A stretch of DNA of 32,000 nucleotides from Methylophaga frappieri (GTDB lineage: Bacteria; Pseudomonadota; Gammaproteobacteria; Nitrosococcales; Methylophagaceae), in contig NC_017856.1 in NCBI RefSeq assembly GCF_000260965.1, positions 630,001 through 662,000 of the forward strand, given 5' to 3'. Shown piece by piece: positions 30,000 to 32,000 of this stretch (the first letter of the stretch is position 1; each line of letters begins with the position of its first letter). The position numbers were made by a program, and so were the translations under genes. The notes under the pieces are model-generated. The model worked only from the letters and a program-made list of their open reading frames with translations, made no database searches and had not been told where the DNA came from.

Positions 30000-30103
30000 T
30001 CAAAGCGGCTAAGCATACCGCAGGCACCGCCGCGCTTAAAGCGCGACGTAAATGAAATTGAAAATCAGACGGTCGGCTTGTTCCCGTAACGATAAACCGG
30101 ATT

Positions 30104-30490
30104 TCACACTTTAAACTCTTCCAGCTTATGTCCTTTTTGTAGCGCTTCAGCCAGCCATAGCGGCCGCTTACCAAAGCCTTTCCATGTTTTATTTTCATCT
30201 TCGGGGTGCCGATATTTAACTGGTGTTTCAGAACGGCTTTTCCGATTTGGCGTCATCGCGATACGCAAGTTTTTCGCGACCGCACTAAGTGCCTCAGCAG
30301 GTGGCACTTTTTTACTCTTGGCTAATTCACGTAAGGCATTGGCAACGGCAATCACATCCGGATCTTTGCTATTTACAACAGCAACTTTCTTGGTTTTAAG
30401 TTTTTTAATTTGTTTTTTGGATTGGTGAATTAGTTTTTGTAATTCCTGCTCGGAAAAATCATTTAAATTCACATCAGATAATTTGCTCAT
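30104..30490 (-). CDS. H-NS family nucleoid-associated protein
   Basis: 128 aa. N-terminal coiled-coil-like region (EQELQKLIHQSKKQIKKLK). The C-terminal DNA-binding signature KYRHPEDENKTWKGFGKRPLWL resembles the H-NS TW(S/T)GxGRxP motif. Confidence 0.8.
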   Translation of the reverse strand: MSKLSDVNLNDFSEQELQKLIHQSKKQIKKLKTKKVAVVNSKDPDVIAVANALRELAKSKKVPPAEALSAVAKNLRIAMTPNRKSRSETPVKYRHPEDENKTWKGFGKRPLWLAEALQKGHKLEEFKV

Positions 30491-30556
30491 TTGCTCATCT
30501 CGACTATTTGGTTTTGGCGAAATAGATTAACCACTTTGCAAAACAAAGAAAAAACC

Positions 30557-30817
<261 letters not shown>

Positions 30818-30848
30818 TCACTAACAGAAAAACTTATAGATCATAACG

Positions 30849-31376
<528 letters not shown>

Positions 31377-31445
31377 TTACGTTATCTCTGAATTCGCTGA
31401 AATCAAGACGCGTTTAATGCATCGAAAAAGTATCTATTTTTTACT

Positions 31446-32000
31446 TCATTCGGTTTGTTTCGGTAATGCCTGTAATAGGCCATGAGCGATAGCGGGCTGC
31501 ACCACTAAACCATGGTTAAGATGATTGAGTTCAATCACACCTTTGGTTTCCACAAATGTCTCGATATAACGCATAAACTGTTTGGCATCCGGCAACATGA
31601 CTTCCCGTTCTTCACCACCGACATAAACCGATAGGTGCTTTTGGTTTAATTGACGCTCCAATAACGCGGGACTGTCATGCCAAGTTTGCTTTAATTGGTT
31701 TAACAGATGGTTGTCATGCCACCAAAGTGAGGGACTGACAGCGATAAAGTGCTGATAATAGCCCGGGTTATTGAGTAACGTATTTAATGTAAACAACCCG
31801 CCAAGAGAATGGCCGTTCAAAGTGTAATTATCTTTATCCACATCATAGTGCGCGGCTAACCATGGTTTAAGCTGTTTCTCAATAAATTCACCTAACGCGG
31901 CTGCACCACCATAATTGACTGGCCCGTTTCTTCGCATATGCGCAAGGGGTTGTTTGGCAGGCAATGCCGTTGCTGGAGTAAAATCATACCAGCGCCGTTT
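31446..32000 (-). CDS. Alpha/beta-hydrolase esterase (putative esterase family), C-terminal part; the 5' end runs off the right edge of the window
   Basis: Nucleophile elbow GHSLGG (NGHSLGGLF). The reading frame stays open upstream of the track's TTG start to position 32000 (KRRWYDFTPATALPAKQ...), so the gene is truncated by the window edge. Confidence 0.75.
   Translation of the reverse strand, partial: KRRWYDFTPATALPAKQPLAHMRRNGPVNYGGAAALGEFIEKQLKPWLAAHYDVDKDNYTLNGHSLGGLFTLNTLLNNPGYYQHFIAVSPSLWWHDNHLLNQLKQTWHDSPALLERQLNQKHLSVYVGGEEREVMLPDAKQFMRYIETFVETKGVIELNHLNHGLVVQPAIAHGLLQALPKQTE

Noticed and set aside
30029-30043. Palindrome CGCGCTTAAAGCGCG between the H-NS-like gene and leuS, considered as a terminator
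   Set aside because: It forms only a 5 bp effective stem and has no following U-tract on the minus strand. That is not enough support for a terminator call.

Overview
The window looks like a conserved chromosomal core region of a gammaproteobacterium. Every gene I can support (26 CDS and 1 tRNA) lies on the minus strand, and many have stop/start overlaps of 1-8 nt.

Gene order from the right edge to the left edge:
- partial alpha/beta-hydrolase esterase, coaD, YfhL-type ferredoxin, H-NS-like protein
- leuS, lptE, holA, proA, nadD, DUF218 (ElyC/YdcF-like) protein, rsfS, rlmH
- maf, rng, yhdP, tldD
- ThiI/MnmA-like PP-loop ATPase, TusA-like sulfur carrier
- glnA, DUF4124 protein, ntrB, ntrC
- initiator tRNA-fMet
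- an unusually long (1811 aa) glutamate synthase large subunit, then a CysJ-type diflavin reductase
- rimP (partial)

I found no mobile elements, CRISPR arrays, integrases, toxin-antitoxin pairs or recognisable defence genes. All plus-strand ORFs in the track are shadow ORFs inside minus-strand genes.

The most unusual content is the GOGAT-like module at 820-8147:
- It encodes a GltB with intact catalytic motifs.
- It carries a ~100 aa internal insertion, a ~200 aa C-terminal extension and altered cysteine spacing in the 3Fe-4S motif.
- It is followed 74 nt later by a flavodoxin-FAD-NADPH (CysJ-like) reductase where gltD would normally be.
- The pair sits between the initiator tRNA and rimP, which are adjacent in E. 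coli.

Secondary points:
- a translationally coupled tldD / PP-loop ATPase / tusA trio
- an rlmH-maf ATGA junction at the position where E. coli carries mrdAB and mreBCD
- a readable sigma54/NtrC control region for glnA
- a terminator-like element in the rimP leader

All functional calls rest on motif recognition by eye. No database search or structure prediction was possible.
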